Positions 30,579-40,996 are shown, counted from the stretch's first letter. The stretch is 64,000 bases of DNA from Verrucomicrobiales bacterium (GCA_947478865.1 CANJXF010000006.1:28750-92749); one strand, 5' to 3'. Notes: generated from the sequence alone by a model not told the origin. Made by a program: numbers and translations.

Positions 30579-31487
30579 ATGAAAATTGCCTCGATGAGCC
30601 GCCGGAAATTTTTACAGACGAGCGCAGTCGCGACGGCTGCAACCGCCTCCGGAATTTTCCCTGCGATTGCTCAACCTAAAAAGATGAATTGGCCGATCGG
30701 CTGTCTCAACCGGCCATGGTTTAGCGACGCGAAAGGCTCGAACCTTGACGTCGCTCTGGATTCGATCCAAGCGGCGGGCTACAAGCTCGCTGGATTGCTC
30801 ACCCGCACAAAAACCGAGCCGCTCATCGGCTCGGATGCAACGCCGGAATATCTGGCGGAGTTGAAAAAGAAAATCGCCGAGCGTGGGCTCAAAGCGAACA
30901 TGGGCGCGCTTCGCACGAATAATGATTTGCCGCTTCCCGAGCAAATTAAGGATTTACGCAAACAAATCGACAACGGGAAAACCGTTGGCGTGGAATTCCT
31001 TCTCACGTTCGGCGTGGATAAGGCAGAGCATTACGAAAATTATTACAAGCTCATCGCCGACGGCGCGGCTTATGCGCAAGAGCACGATCTCAAGCTAGTG
31101 CTGAAACCGCATGGCGGCGGCAGCGGCGCATCTGAGGAAATTCTTCGCTGCATGGAAAAAGTGAAACATCCCAACCTCAAAGTCTGGTACGACGCGGGCA
31201 ATATCATTTTTTACACAGGCAAAAATCCGGTGGAACAATTGAAACCGATTGCACAACACGTAACGGGCTTTTGCGCCAAGGATTGCGACAAGCAAAAGGG
31301 AACGGTGATGAGGAATTTCGGCACGGGCAAAGTCGATTTCCGCGCGGTATTTACCGAACTGAAGAAAGCAGGCTTCAACGGGCCGGTGATGGTCGAATGT
31401 TGCGAACTGGGCGGCACGGCGGCAATCATCGCCGCGAACGCGAAGAAAAATCGCGAGTTTCTGGAGCAGCTTTTCGCTTCCCTCTGA
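30579..31487 (+). CDS. Tat-exported sugar-phosphate isomerase/epimerase (TIM barrel)
   Basis: SRRKFL twin-arginine signal; YDAGN, AKD, GTGKVDF and GPVMVE. Confidence 0.85.
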   Translation: MKIASMSRRKFLQTSAVATAATASGIFPAIAQPKKMNWPIGCLNRPWFSDAKGSNLDVALDSIQAAGYKLAGLLTRTKTEPLIGSDATPEYLAELKKKIAERGLKANMGALRTNNDLPLPEQIKDLRKQIDNGKTVGVEFLLTFGVDKAEHYENYYKLIADGAAYAQEHDLKLVLKPHGGGSGASEEILRCMEKVKHPNLKVWYDAGNIIFYTGKNPVEQLKPIAQHVTGFCAKDCDKQKGTVMRNFGTGKVDFRAVFTELKKAGFNGPVMVECCELGGTAAIIAANAKKNREFLEQLFASL

Positions 31488-31526
31488 GTCGATGCGCGGT
31501 CGAACCACATCGATTGAGAATTTTTT

Positions 31527-32867
31527 CTAGCCTTTGCCGGGAAGAATGGCGGGCTTCGCATCCAGAATAATTTCCAAACCTTCGCGAGCGGCTTCGACGA
31601 TCAAGTCGCTGCCTTTGGCGGCGACTTGCCCGCGGGCACTAGCCACAAGACGGGATATTTTTTCGTCATTGTGATCGGGGTCATGGTGGAAAAGAAAAAG
31701 GCGTTTCACTTTGGCATCGATTGCGAACGCAACGGAATCATCCACGCAATTGTGGCCCCAACCAATATGGGTATTGTATTCGGCTGCGTCGTATTGCGCA
31801 TCCATAATCAAGACATCGGCACCCTCCGCGAACAGCGCCAAGCGCTCATCTTGCAAGCGAGCGAACCTCTCCTCCTCATCGGAGATGCGCTCGGCTTTTC
31901 CCGAACGCATTCGTTGAAAAAGTTCGAAATCGGTCATGTAGCAGATCGACCCCTCTGATGTAAAAATCCGGTAGCCGGTGCAAATGCCGGGGTGATTCAA
32001 AAACACGGCTTGAACCCCGACCTGACCGATGTTGAAGCTGGAATCTTTGAGTTCCTGAATCGAGATATTGCCGGGCATCTCGCCCATGCTGACCGGGAAA
32101 TAGGAACTCTCCATTTGCGATGAAAGAATGTTTTCCAGACCTTTTCGCGCACCTTCAAAACCAAGAATCTTGATTTGATTCTTTGGGTTGTAAGCAGGGC
32201 TAAAGAAAGGGAAGCCCTGAATATGATCCCAGTGCGTATGTGAAATGAGCAACGTGACGTTGACCGGAGTATCCTTAAATTCCTCGTTCAAGGCGACACC
32301 CAGCGGGCGAATACCGCTGCCGGCATCGAACACTATTATTTCACGATCCGCACGCACCTCGACGCACGACGTATTGCCCCCATAAAAAACCGTGTCCGGA
32401 CCCGGAGTGGGAATGGAACCGCGCACGCCCCAGAACTTGAGCCGGGTTGGTGCGGTGGAAACATTGGAAGGGTCGGCTTTAACTGACACCTTGCCGCTGC
32501 CACTCCCAACCGCCAGATCGAGGAGAGCAACAAGATCATTGGGCCTAATTGGCTTTACCAGGTAGTCGTCCGCGCCGGATTCCAGCGCATTGAGCCGATC
32601 GGTGGAATAAGCGCTTCCGGTCGTCACAAAGATTTTTATTTTGGGCAGGCGTTCCTTTTGAGCGCGCAACGAACGGCAAACCTGAAACCCGTTGCAGCGC
32701 GGCATGAGCAAATCACAAAGGACAACATCAGGCTGATGTTCCATGGCAAGCTGCAAACCGAGTTCGCCATCTTCTGCCTGCAAAACACGCCAACCGTTAT
32801 CGATCAACCAATGCGATAGGGCTTCGCGAAATGACTTGTCGTCATCGATTAGCAACACGGTTTTCAC
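31527..32867 (-). CDS. Response-regulator receiver fused to an MBL-fold metallohydrolase
   Basis: Receiver IDDD..D(phospho)LLMP..T..KP, then WGVRGSIP, GGNTSC, SHTHWDHIQG, HPG, DAQY, WGH and FHHDP. Confidence 0.9.
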   Translation of the reverse strand: MKTVLLIDDDKSFREALSHWLIDNGWRVLQAEDGELGLQLAMEHQPDVVLCDLLMPRCNGFQVCRSLRAQKERLPKIKIFVTTGSAYSTDRLNALESGADDYLVKPIRPNDLVALLDLAVGSGSGKVSVKADPSNVSTAPTRLKFWGVRGSIPTPGPDTVFYGGNTSCVEVRADREIIVFDAGSGIRPLGVALNEEFKDTPVNVTLLISHTHWDHIQGFPFFSPAYNPKNQIKILGFEGARKGLENILSSQMESSYFPVSMGEMPGNISIQELKDSSFNIGQVGVQAVFLNHPGICTGYRIFTSEGSICYMTDFELFQRMRSGKAERISDEEERFARLQDERLALFAEGADVLIMDAQYDAAEYNTHIGWGHNCVDDSVAFAIDAKVKRLFLFHHDPDHNDEKISRLVASARGQVAAKGSDLIVEAAREGLEIILDAKPAILPGKG

Positions 32868-33045
32868 CTCGTTACAATTTCAGTTCCAAAGAAAAAAACA
32901 AGCCGTTCGTCGGGACCAGTGAATTCAGCGATCCGCCAACCAGAATTATTTGCCGCAGAAAATAAGCCGCGCTCTCCGGCGATGTTGAGCGGCGAAAAAT
33001 TTATTCTGCCTTTGCACCCTTAAAAACTCTGCGTAATTTTCCGCC

Positions 33046-33690
33046 ATGAAAATAAGTCGAGCCGCTTTCGGACTAATGGTTTTCGCCGTGCTGATGGCGG
33101 GCTGCAGCAGCGCTTATTATTCAACCATGGAAAAATTCGGCGTGCATAAACGTGACTTGTTAAAAAAGCGGGTCATCGCCGCGCGGGATGAACAAAAGGA
33201 AGCCGGGCAACAATTCAAGGACGCGTTGACCCGGTTGAAAGAGCTTTATGGATTCCAAGGTGGGGAACTCGAAAAAGTTTACGACGGGTTGAAACGTGAT
33301 TTTGATAAATCAAGCGCCCGGGCAGAAGCGGTTCGCAAACGAGTCAGGGAGGTCGAAACCTTCGCCAGCGACCTTTTCGATGAATGGGAAAAAGAACTCA
33401 AGCAACTCTCATCCGAAAGCTTGCGGAGCCGTGACCGGGAGCAACTTCGCGAGACGCGACGGCGTTATGAAACTTTGCACGAAGCGCTCAAGCGCGCAGA
33501 AAACAGCATGGAACCGGTGCTGACCCAGTTTCGCGATCAGGTTCTTTTCTTAAAACATAATCTGAATGCGCAGGCTCTGTCGTCCCTGCAAAAAGAGGCG
33601 CTGAATATTCAGGATGACATTTCGAAACTGCTCGCGGAAATGAATCAATCAATCCGGCAGGCGGATAACTTCATTAGGGCGCTTCCCTGA
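33046..33690 (+). CDS. DUF2959 family lipoprotein
   Basis: Lipobox LMAGC; MEKFG.HKRD, LF.EW..E and DQVLFLKHNLNAQA. Confidence 0.85.
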   Translation: MKISRAAFGLMVFAVLMAGCSSAYYSTMEKFGVHKRDLLKKRVIAARDEQKEAGQQFKDALTRLKELYGFQGGELEKVYDGLKRDFDKSSARAEAVRKRVREVETFASDLFDEWEKELKQLSSESLRSRDREQLRETRRRYETLHEALKRAENSMEPVLTQFRDQVLFLKHNLNAQALSSLQKEALNIQDDISKLLAEMNQSIRQADNFIRALP

Positions 33691-34408
33691 CCGGGCTGGA
33701 TTGCGGGTTTTCGTTCGTGTTTTTTGGGGTGAAGCTGATTAACGCAGCAGAAGCGGCGTCGATTTCGGCCAGCTTTTTACTTTTGCCTTTGCCTCGGCCC
33801 AACTCGATGCCGCCATGCCGCACCACGCATTCAAAATCGCGGTCGTGTTCAGGGCCTCGCACCGAGATCGTTTCGTATTGCGGCGCTTCCAGTGAATTTT
33901 TCTGAAGCAGCTCCTGCAAGGTACCCTTTGGATTTTCAAGGCTCGGAATCGCATTCAACTCGCCAAACGCATCCGCAAACGAGCGCAGGACAAATTCCGT
34001 CGCGGCATCAAATCCGCCGTCGAGAAAAATGGCGCCAATCACCGCCTCGAAGGCATCAGCCATGGCAGAAGTTCGCCCTCGGCCCTGGTTTGCTTTCTCA
34101 CCCCGGCTAAAAATTAAATGCTGATCTAAACCAAGCCGCCTCGCCTGCTGGGCCAATGTGCGGCCGTTGACCAACTGCGCGCGAGCAGCGGAAAGAGGGC
34201 CTTCCTGATATCGCGGAAATCTCAGGTAAAGCTCGCGCGTGAGAACAAGCCCAAGAACGGAATCGCCCAAAAATTCAAGGCGCTGGTTGGTTTGCACCTC
34301 TGCCCCCAGTTCGTGGGTGACAGACGGATGAGTCAGGGCGAGCCGCAGCAACTCCGCATCCTTAAACGTGTAGCCGAGCTGCGCCTGGAGTTGGTCAAAG
34401 TCAGCCAC
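33674..34408 (-). CDS. rnc: Ribonuclease III
   Basis: ALTH.S, NQRLEFLGD, ADAFEAVIGAIFLD.G and dsRBD NPK..LQE...GKSKK.AE. Start probably GTG 34408. Confidence 0.96.
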   Translation of the reverse strand: MADFDQLQAQLGYTFKDAELLRLALTHPSVTHELGAEVQTNQRLEFLGDSVLGLVLTRELYLRFPRYQEGPLSAARAQLVNGRTLAQQARRLGLDQHLIFSRGEKANQGRGRTSAMADAFEAVIGAIFLDGGFDAATEFVLRSFADAFGELNAIPSLENPKGTLQELLQKNSLEAPQYETISVRGPEHDRDFECVVRHGGIELGRGKGKSKKLAEIDAASAALISFTPKNTNENPQSSPVREAP

Positions 34409-34418
34409 AGTCCACAAA

Positions 34419-35048
34419 TTATTGCACGATGGCGGAGGGCAGAACGGTTTCGACCAGCTCAACGTTTTCGACGGGAGCCGATTCGGAAACAACCACTTCC
34501 TCTGCGACCGGCGCAGGAGGATTTTCTGCCGCAGGAGGATTCAATCCATGCTCCAGCAGGTAAGCAACATCACGTTGTACTTGTTCGAGCTGGTTCAACT
34601 GGAGATTCGGGTCGGTGATGGTGAAGAAGTCCCCAGTCTTGGGTTGCTCGTAAATGAAGATGCGCGCTCCGTCTCGCTTGAGTTGCTCTTTGATTTTTAG
34701 CAGGCGTTTCCGTTCGAGCATCACTGCGAGAATGTAACACACGGCGCCATACTTCGGATCATTCAATTCCATTAGCTTGCGCAAGAGCAGTTCGGCATTT
34801 CCCTTCTCAATGGCTTCAGGAGGAGCAGCGGGGGGCGCCTCATAAACGCCGTGCCAGCGTGAAATGACATCCTTTTTATCGGTGCCACCCTCAGAAAACT
34901 GAGATTTCCAGCAGGGATCGCAAACATCGAGGCGGCGCAGCTGTTCTTTTTCGTCAAAAAGCAAGGTGTGATAAACCTGCTTATCGGCAAAATGTTTCTC
35001 GCAGCTCTGGCAGGCGTGGGCGCGGGATTGGATGTTCCATTCGTTCAT
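34419..35048 (-). CDS. Conserved hypothetical protein with CxxC/CxxC zinc-finger-like N-terminus
   Basis: MNEWNIQSRAHACQSC...DVCDPCW and YILAVMLERKRLLK. Ends 10 bp upstream of rnc. The longer ORF-track start (35456) is unlikely. Confidence 0.7.
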   Translation of the reverse strand: MNEWNIQSRAHACQSCEKHFADKQVYHTLLFDEKEQLRRLDVCDPCWKSQFSEGGTDKKDVISRWHGVYEAPPAAPPEAIEKGNAELLLRKLMELNDPKYGAVCYILAVMLERKRLLKIKEQLKRDGARIFIYEQPKTGDFFTITDPNLQLNQLEQVQRDVAYLLEHGLNPPAAENPPAPVAEEVVVSESAPVENVELVETVLPSAIVQ

Positions 35049-35591
35049 GTTTATCACGGAGATGATTGTTTTTAAGGGGGTTGAAAACAAGTTCAAGTTT
35101 TGGCAATAATCCGACTGCGCCCCGGCAAAGGGACGTTCTATCCGGACAAAGGGCCAGTGGCTGTGCATTCGCCGCTTCCTGGCGAATTTCCAAGCAAAAG
35201 GGCCCAAAAACGACAGCGATTGGAAATAAAACAATTTTTTTGTGAATTTTGCTGGCGCATCTTCGTCTTTTCGTCGATAAGCGCTGCGGCATTTCGTCAA
35301 ATCGAAGCAGCGAAACCGGATTGTAAACCGCACACGCTGCAAAATCCTGAAAAAACCGGTTAAAAACGGTTTTTTTGCCTCGATGAGAGGCCTAGTGGAA
35401 AAGATTAACTGAAAATTTGTGCAAAAGCGGAATTGATGTATGGTGTGACGCGTCATTCTTCTGAGATTGCGGTTTTCGATAGCTCAGCATGGAGCGAGCA
35501 TGGGTTCCCAGAGAAAATTGGTTGGCGAAGAAGCCACCCTTAAACAAGGGTCGCTCATCTTGATTTAGTAGCGACGGAAAAGATATAAAAT

Positions 35592-37355
35592 ATGTTGAAA
35601 CGGACGGCTCAAAAGTCATCGGCTCGGTCGAGCGCCAAAGCATCTGCTCGCGCAGAAGCGGCCTCGCCAAAAACACAACCTCCAGTTGATCTATCCGCAA
35701 ATGGCGCGCGGTTGCATCCAGACGTTGACGTCGCAACCAAGCTCAAGGAACTCATCCATTTGGCGCACGAGCAAGGTTTTCTAACCTACGATGATATCAA
35801 CGACGCCTTGCCTGATGAATTAATTGCGGCCGACGACCTGGACGCAATCTACAGCAAGCTTCGCGAACGCGACATCGAGATCGTCGAAAGCGCGGAAGCC
35901 CGACGCACCAAACCGCAACCTGCTGCCGAGGCTGAAGAAGCCGAGGAAGAAACAGGGCGCCTGGATATTCTCGATGACCCGGTTCAGATGTACATGAACC
36001 AAATGGGCAAAACCCCCCTGCTCAGCCGCGAGCAGGAAGTGGAAATTTGCAAGCGCATCGAAGCCGCCGAGGACGAAGCCCGGCGTTTGATGTTCCGATT
36101 TGGCTTTACCGCCAAGGAACACATTACCCTTGCCGGCAAACTCCTTTCCGACCCGCCTCAGGAACGGTTTGATCGCGTCGTCGCCGATAAGAAGTTGGGC
36201 TTTCGCGAAAATCATTTAAAAGATCTCAAGAAGCTGATTAAAAAGGTTCGCACGCTCGATGCTCGTCTCGACGACAAATATGCGGAATGGGCCAAAGCCA
36301 ATGCCAAGGGCAAAGGACAAAAGCTGGTAACCGAAATTGAAAAGCTCAGCGCAAAAATGGCGTTGATCTTCCCGGCCTTCCATTATCGACCGAAGTTTGT
36401 GGAAGATTTGACGTCAGTAGCTGGCAACATTCACGAACTCATTCACACGAGCCTGACGCATCTGACCGCGCTGCGAAAGCAGCGCAAGTGCGCAAGCCAA
36501 CAGACGATGATCGCGGCTGAGGAGCTGAAGATTGCCAATCTGGAAAAACTGTTGCGCATGCCACACGAGGAATTCCTCCTGGCTTACACAAAATTGAAAA
36601 AGGCGGAGCAGGACGCGCAAAAAGCCAAGACCCATATGGCTGAAGCGAATTTGCGCCTCGTCGTTTCAGTGGCAAAAAAATACATGAACCGCGGTCAGTC
36701 GCTGCTCGATTTGATTCAGGAAGGCAACATCGGCCTGATGAAGGGCGTCGAGAAGTTTGAGTATCAACGCGGTTATAAGTTTTCCACTTACGCCATCTGG
36801 TGGATTCGTCAGGCGATCACTCGCTCCATTGCCGACCAGGCCCGCACCATTCGTATTCCGGTGCACATGATCGAAATCCTGAACAAGCTTTGGCGCACGG
36901 AAAAACAACTCCTCCAAGAGTTCGGCCGCGAAGCCACGCCTGAAGAACTCGCGGACGAAATGCACATGTCCGCGCAGCGCATTCAGGCCCTGCTGAAAAT
37001 GGCGCAGCAGCCGATTTCGTTGCAAACCCCCATTGGCGAAGAAGGCGACGTGAGCTTCGGCGATTTGATCGAAGACAAGTCCGCCGAAAATCCGTGGGAA
37101 ACGACCAGCGCGCATTTGTTGAAAGAAAAATTGACCGATGTCCTAGCCACATTGACCGAACGCGAACGGCACATCGTCGAAATGCGTTTTGGTTTGGCTG
37201 ATGGCAACGAACACACGCTTGAAGAAATCGGGCAGCAATACAAAGTGACTCGCGAACGTATTCGCCAAATCGAAGCCAAAGCGCTTCGTAAACTCCGTCA
37301 CCCAACGCGTATCCGCCATTTACAGGGCTTCTTGCAAGCGCAGGAAGCAGCGTAA
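35592..37355 (+). CDS. rpoD: Group 1-type sigma70 factor (RpoD or an RpoD paralogue)
   Basis: Region 1.1 (G.LTY.DIND.LP), region 1.2 (DDPV.MY...MG..PLL), NCR, region 2 ([28 protein letters not shown]) and region 4.2 (TLEE.G....[16 protein letters not shown]). Confidence 0.88.
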   Translation: MLKRTAQKSSARSSAKASARAEAASPKTQPPVDLSANGARLHPDVDVATKLKELIHLAHEQGFLTYDDINDALPDELIAADDLDAIYSKLRERDIEIVESAEARRTKPQPAAEAEEAEEETGRLDILDDPVQMYMNQMGKTPLLSREQEVEICKRIEAAEDEARRLMFRFGFTAKEHITLAGKLLSDPPQERFDRVVADKKLGFRENHLKDLKKLIKKVRTLDARLDDKYAEWAKANAKGKGQKLVTEIEKLSAKMALIFPAFHYRPKFVEDLTSVAGNIHELIHTSLTHLTALRKQRKCASQQTMIAAEELKIANLEKLLRMPHEEFLLAYTKLKKAEQDAQKAKTHMAEANLRLVVSVAKKYMNRGQSLLDLIQEGNIGLMKGVEKFEYQRGYKFSTYAIWWIRQAITRSIADQARTIRIPVHMIEILNKLWRTEKQLLQEFGREATPEELADEMHMSAQRIQALLKMAQQPISLQTPIGEEGDVSFGDLIEDKSAENPWETTSAHLLKEKLTDVLATLTERERHIVEMRFGLADGNEHTLEEIGQQYKVTRERIRQIEAKALRKLRHPTRIRHLQGFLQAQEAA

Positions 37356-37374
37356 TTTTTCTCCGAAACAATTC

Positions 37375-37404
37375 AGGCCGGACTGGAAACAGTCCGGCCT
37401 TTTT
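37375..37404 (+). terminator. Rho-independent terminator after rpoD
   Basis: 11-bp stem AGGCCGGACTG / GAAA loop / CAGTCCGGCCT followed by TTTT. Confidence 0.88.
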
Positions 37405-37427
37405 CATGTAAAATTTTCTGACGAATC

Positions 37428-38546
37428 CTACGCGTGCTTGGCGAAAAACTTTCCAACCAACTCGCAAACATAGTCAACCTGCTCATTGGTCAATTCAGGA
37501 TACATCGGAAGGGGAAGGATTTTTTCAGAAATCTGCTCTGCCACGAGGAAGTCGCCACGTTGAAAATTCAGGTCTGCATAAACCTTCTGTAGGTGTAGCG
37601 CGAGCGGATAGTAAATCAGAACCGGCACACCGTTATCGCCTAGAAACCTTTGCAGCGCATCTCGTTGCTCGCTGAGCACCGCATAGACGTGAAAGATGTG
37701 CGTGTTGCCCGGAGCCGCGACTGGAAGCTGCAACGGCAAAGTTGCAAATGCGTTTGTGTAACGTGCCGCAATTTCCGCACGGCGCGCGTTCCAACGATTT
37801 AGATGCGGAAGTTTGACGCGCAAAATCGCCGCTTGGATTTCATCGAGGCGCGAATTGAAGCCGTGCAGGTCGTGGTAATAACGTTTCTCAATTCCATGCA
37901 CCCGCAGCATTCGCAATTTTTTTGCGAGCGACTCATCATTCGTCACCACCATTCCACCGTCGCCATCTGCACCGAGATTCTTGGTGGGATAAAAACTGAA
38001 GCATCCGAGACGGCCAAAACTGCCGACGCTTTGCTCGCTGTATTTCGCGCCAATCGCCTGCGCGCAATCTTCGATGATCGCGATGCCGCGCGAATCCGCG
38101 AGGGCGCGAATTTCATTGAGCGGCGCGGCTTGCCCAAAAAGGTGAACGGGAATAATCGCCTTCGTGCGCGGAGAAATCTTTTTTGCCACCTCATTCGGAT
38201 CCAAACAAAACGTGCGCGGATCGATGTCAGCAAAAACAATCTTGGCGCCGACCTGATGGATTGATTCCGCCGGAGCGATGTAGGTAAACGGTGACGTGAT
38301 GACCTCGTCCCCTGCTCCGATTTCCAGAGCACGCAACGCCAGCGTCAATGCGTCAGAGCCGGAATTTACCCCCACGCCGAATTTCGTTTCCGTGAAAGCG
38401 GCAACCTCTTTTTCGAATTCCGTAACGTTTGGTCCAAGAATGTAATGGCCACCGTTGAGAACCTTTTCGACAGCGTCAGAAATTTCGTTCTTCAGCGCGG
38501 CGTGTTGCGCAGCGAGATTCAAAAATGGAACGGTCATTGGTTTCAT
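37428..38546 (-). CDS. DegT/DnrJ/EryC1/StrS PLP-dependent sugar aminotransferase
   Basis: NSG.DAL, PVHLFGQ, IEDCAQA, SFYPTKNLG (PLP Lys) and NSRLDE.QAA. TGATG overlap with fabD. Confidence 0.93.
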   Translation of the reverse strand: MKPMTVPFLNLAAQHAALKNEISDAVEKVLNGGHYILGPNVTEFEKEVAAFTETKFGVGVNSGSDALTLALRALEIGAGDEVITSPFTYIAPAESIHQVGAKIVFADIDPRTFCLDPNEVAKKISPRTKAIIPVHLFGQAAPLNEIRALADSRGIAIIEDCAQAIGAKYSEQSVGSFGRLGCFSFYPTKNLGADGDGGMVVTNDESLAKKLRMLRVHGIEKRYYHDLHGFNSRLDEIQAAILRVKLPHLNRWNARRAEIAARYTNAFATLPLQLPVAAPGNTHIFHVYAVLSEQRDALQRFLGDNGVPVLIYYPLALHLQKVYADLNFQRGDFLVAEQISEKILPLPMYPELTNEQVDYVCELVGKFFAKHA

Positions 38547-39460
38547 CAGGAAATGCCTTCAAGACTCGCGACGTCGGTCACGTTTTGCATCTGGACAGTT
38601 TTGTCGATCCGCTTCATGAATCCACTGAGCGCGGTGCCAGGTCCAAGCTCGATGAATCGCGTGAAGCCCTGCGCCAAAAGATATCGCATCGACGCTTCCC
38701 ATCGCACAGACGAAGTGACTTGGGCCACGAGCTTTTCGCGAATTGCCTCGATCGCGCCATGAGGTTCCGCGGTGACGTTTGAAATCACTGGAACGGAGGA
38801 CTCGTTGAAAACGACTCCCTCCAAAACGGATTTCAATTTCGGCTGGGCGCTGGCCATTAAGTGTGAGTGATACGCGCCAGCGACCGGAAGCGGCAATGCG
38901 CGTTTTGCGCCCTTTGCTTTCGCGAGGTCGCACGCCTTGGTGATTTTTTCCGCTTCACCCGAAATCACAATTTGCCCGGGACAATTCAAATTTGCCAATT
39001 CGACTCCGGCTTCAACGCAAACTTCTCGCGTCGGGGCCTCGTCTAATCCAATGATGGCCGCCATGCTGCCTTGCGTGACTTCACACGCTTCCTGCATGAA
39101 TCGACCGCGCTCGCGAACGATGCGTAAGCCATCTTCAAAACTCGTCACGCCCGCGGCGGTCAGCGCCGTAAATTCGCCAAGCGACAAACCTGCCGTCACA
39201 TGAAACTCAAGATTGGGAATCTTCTCGCGCAACAGTTGGAAGGCGATCCAGCTCACCAGAAAAATTCCCGGCTGGGCGTTTTCTGTTTTGGTCAATTCCG
39301 TTTCCGGGCCATTGAAACAAATGGAAGCCAAATCGTAGCCGAGAATTTCATTGGCACGATCAAAGTAGCGTTTTGCGCTGGGAAACTTCTCAGCCAAATC
39401 GCGCCCCATTCCGACGACCTGGGCGCCTTGCCCGGCAAACAACAGTGCGGTCTTGCTCAT
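38546..39460 (-). CDS. fabD: Malonyl-CoA:ACP transacylase
   Basis: F.GQGAQ..GMG, QP, GLSLGE (Ser), RG..MQ, V.GAYHS and V.W. Confidence 0.95.
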   Translation of the reverse strand: MSKTALLFAGQGAQVVGMGRDLAEKFPSAKRYFDRANEILGYDLASICFNGPETELTKTENAQPGIFLVSWIAFQLLREKIPNLEFHVTAGLSLGEFTALTAAGVTSFEDGLRIVRERGRFMQEACEVTQGSMAAIIGLDEAPTREVCVEAGVELANLNCPGQIVISGEAEKITKACDLAKAKGAKRALPLPVAGAYHSHLMASAQPKLKSVLEGVVFNESSVPVISNVTAEPHGAIEAIREKLVAQVTSSVRWEASMRYLLAQGFTRFIELGPGTALSGFMKRIDKTVQMQNVTDVASLEGIS

Positions 39461-39512
39461 AATTGGCGGCGAATAAACACGAATTTCGCTTTGGAAGAAA
39501 GAGCGAATTGAA

Positions 39513-40919
39513 TCAGCAAACCCCTTTGCACCCGAAAAGATTTCGCGCGCGAATCATTTGCGCGACCTGCGGAGGGACCATTTCCTCCCACGAATCGTCG
39601 TTCGTCCGAATTTTGGCCACAACGTCGCGCGAAAAGATCGGCAAACATTTTTCATCGTAATCGCGCAGGCTTTCGATGAAACGGTTTTCCGCAAGGTATG
39701 CGTGCAGGTGCCGCAGGTTGGGAGCAACGCGCAAATTCGTCGCCGTGATCAGCGAGCCGGTTTTTTCCTCGAGCAATGGATAAACGTAAAGTTTTAAATC
39801 GTTTTTGAACATTCGCCCAAACGATTCCAAAATGCCGCCGGACAAATCCGTGTAATATTTTTCGTCGAAAATCTCCTGCAAGCTCGGGACGCCCATCGCA
39901 ATACCGATCATTTTCTTGGTGTAGCGGAAAAAATATCCAGCGAGCCGGTAATATTCTCCGAAATCAGAAATCAAAACTGTTTTCCCAAGCGCGCCCAATA
40001 TATCCACGCGATCCAGAAAATCCTGCGGGTCGATTTTATTCCCCTCCGTCAGATTCTTTAGCGTCATTTCCATCAGCGTTAAAACCTCCTCGCCGCGAAC
40101 TTTTGGCTCCTGCACAAATTGCGCCTGAGCACAACGCAGCATATCAAGTGTCACCTTGGTGATCGGGCGAAAGCTGCCGCGTTCGACAAGAATGCATTTT
40201 TTATAAAAGGCGTCAGCGGGTTGCACCACTTCGCCGTTGGCGGTGAAGAGGGCGGCGTTGGTCAGCCCGTTTTGAACGAGCTTGAGCGCCATGAAACGGT
40301 TATCGAGTTTCTCGAAAGCAGGACCGGCAAAGCGGATCATGTCCACTTCGACGCGTTCGTTGCCGACATTATCCACGAGGGAAACGATCAGCGCTTCGGG
40401 TTCGTCGTGCAGATACATCGCGCCGTAGAGAAGATTGACCCCAAGAATTCCAAGGGCCTCCTGTTCCTGGAGGTTTTCTTTGTCCCAAAGACGAACGTGG
40501 ATGATGATCTCCGAGGGCTCGCCGCACGGCTCCGTCTGAAAACGGATCCCCAGCCAGCCGTGCGCCTCGTTTTGCTGCGTATAACTTCGCGCGACCACCG
40601 TGTCCGCAAAAACAAAAAACCTAGTGGTGGCGCCTCGCTTTATGTTCAAACGCTCGAGCAACAAATCGTATTCGCGCTCCAACATCGTTTCGAGTCGTTC
40701 GCGGCTGACATAACGTTCAGCCGGGCCGTAGATCGCATCGCTGATCACCATGTCATAAGCCGACATCGATTTGGCAATCGTTCCAGAAGCGCCGCCGACG
40801 CGAAAAAACCAGCGCGCCACTTCCTGTCCGGCGCCAACTTCTGAGAATGTTCCGTATTTGCTCGGGTCGAGATTGATCTGCAACGCCTTTTGGTGCGTGC
40901 CCAAGGGTTCTTTAGTCAT
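39513..40919 (-). CDS. Uncharacterised CinA-like / nucleotidyltransferase(HUP)-like protein
   Basis: YGTF.E.GAGQEVARWFF..GGASGT.AK.MSAYD N-domain and RGSFRP.T C-domain. Soluble, with no signal peptide or beta-barrel. From memory, this family is often labelled nicotinate-nucleotide adenylyltransferase or, wrongly, TonB-dependent receptor. Confidence 0.6.
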   Translation of the reverse strand: MTKEPLGTHQKALQINLDPSKYGTFSEVGAGQEVARWFFRVGGASGTIAKSMSAYDMVISDAIYGPAERYVSRERLETMLEREYDLLLERLNIKRGATTRFFVFADTVVARSYTQQNEAHGWLGIRFQTEPCGEPSEIIIHVRLWDKENLQEQEALGILGVNLLYGAMYLHDEPEALIVSLVDNVGNERVEVDMIRFAGPAFEKLDNRFMALKLVQNGLTNAALFTANGEVVQPADAFYKKCILVERGSFRPITKVTLDMLRCAQAQFVQEPKVRGEEVLTLMEMTLKNLTEGNKIDPQDFLDRVDILGALGKTVLISDFGEYYRLAGYFFRYTKKMIGIAMGVPSLQEIFDEKYYTDLSGGILESFGRMFKNDLKLYVYPLLEEKTGSLITATNLRVAPNLRHLHAYLAENRFIESLRDYDEKCLPIFSRDVVAKIRTNDDSWEEMVPPQVAQMIRARNLFGCKGVC

Positions 40920-40996
40920 AACAAATTAATTTAGGTCAGCGGCGGTTTAGCACAATGAGCTTTGAATTTGGACAAAGGGCCACCGATACTGCGGTT

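Noticed and set aside
35472-35545. tRNA-like TAGCTCAG...GAGC D-arm upstream of rpoD
   Set aside because: No pairing anticodon stem, no GTTCRA T-arm and no acceptor stem.
37428-39460. fabD plus aminotransferase as a PKS-type cluster
   Set aside because: No ketosynthase, ACP or tailoring genes nearby; both look like housekeeping or envelope genes.
39513-40919. TonB-dependent receptor label recalled for this family
   Set aside because: No signal peptide, plug domain, beta-barrel or terminal Phe.
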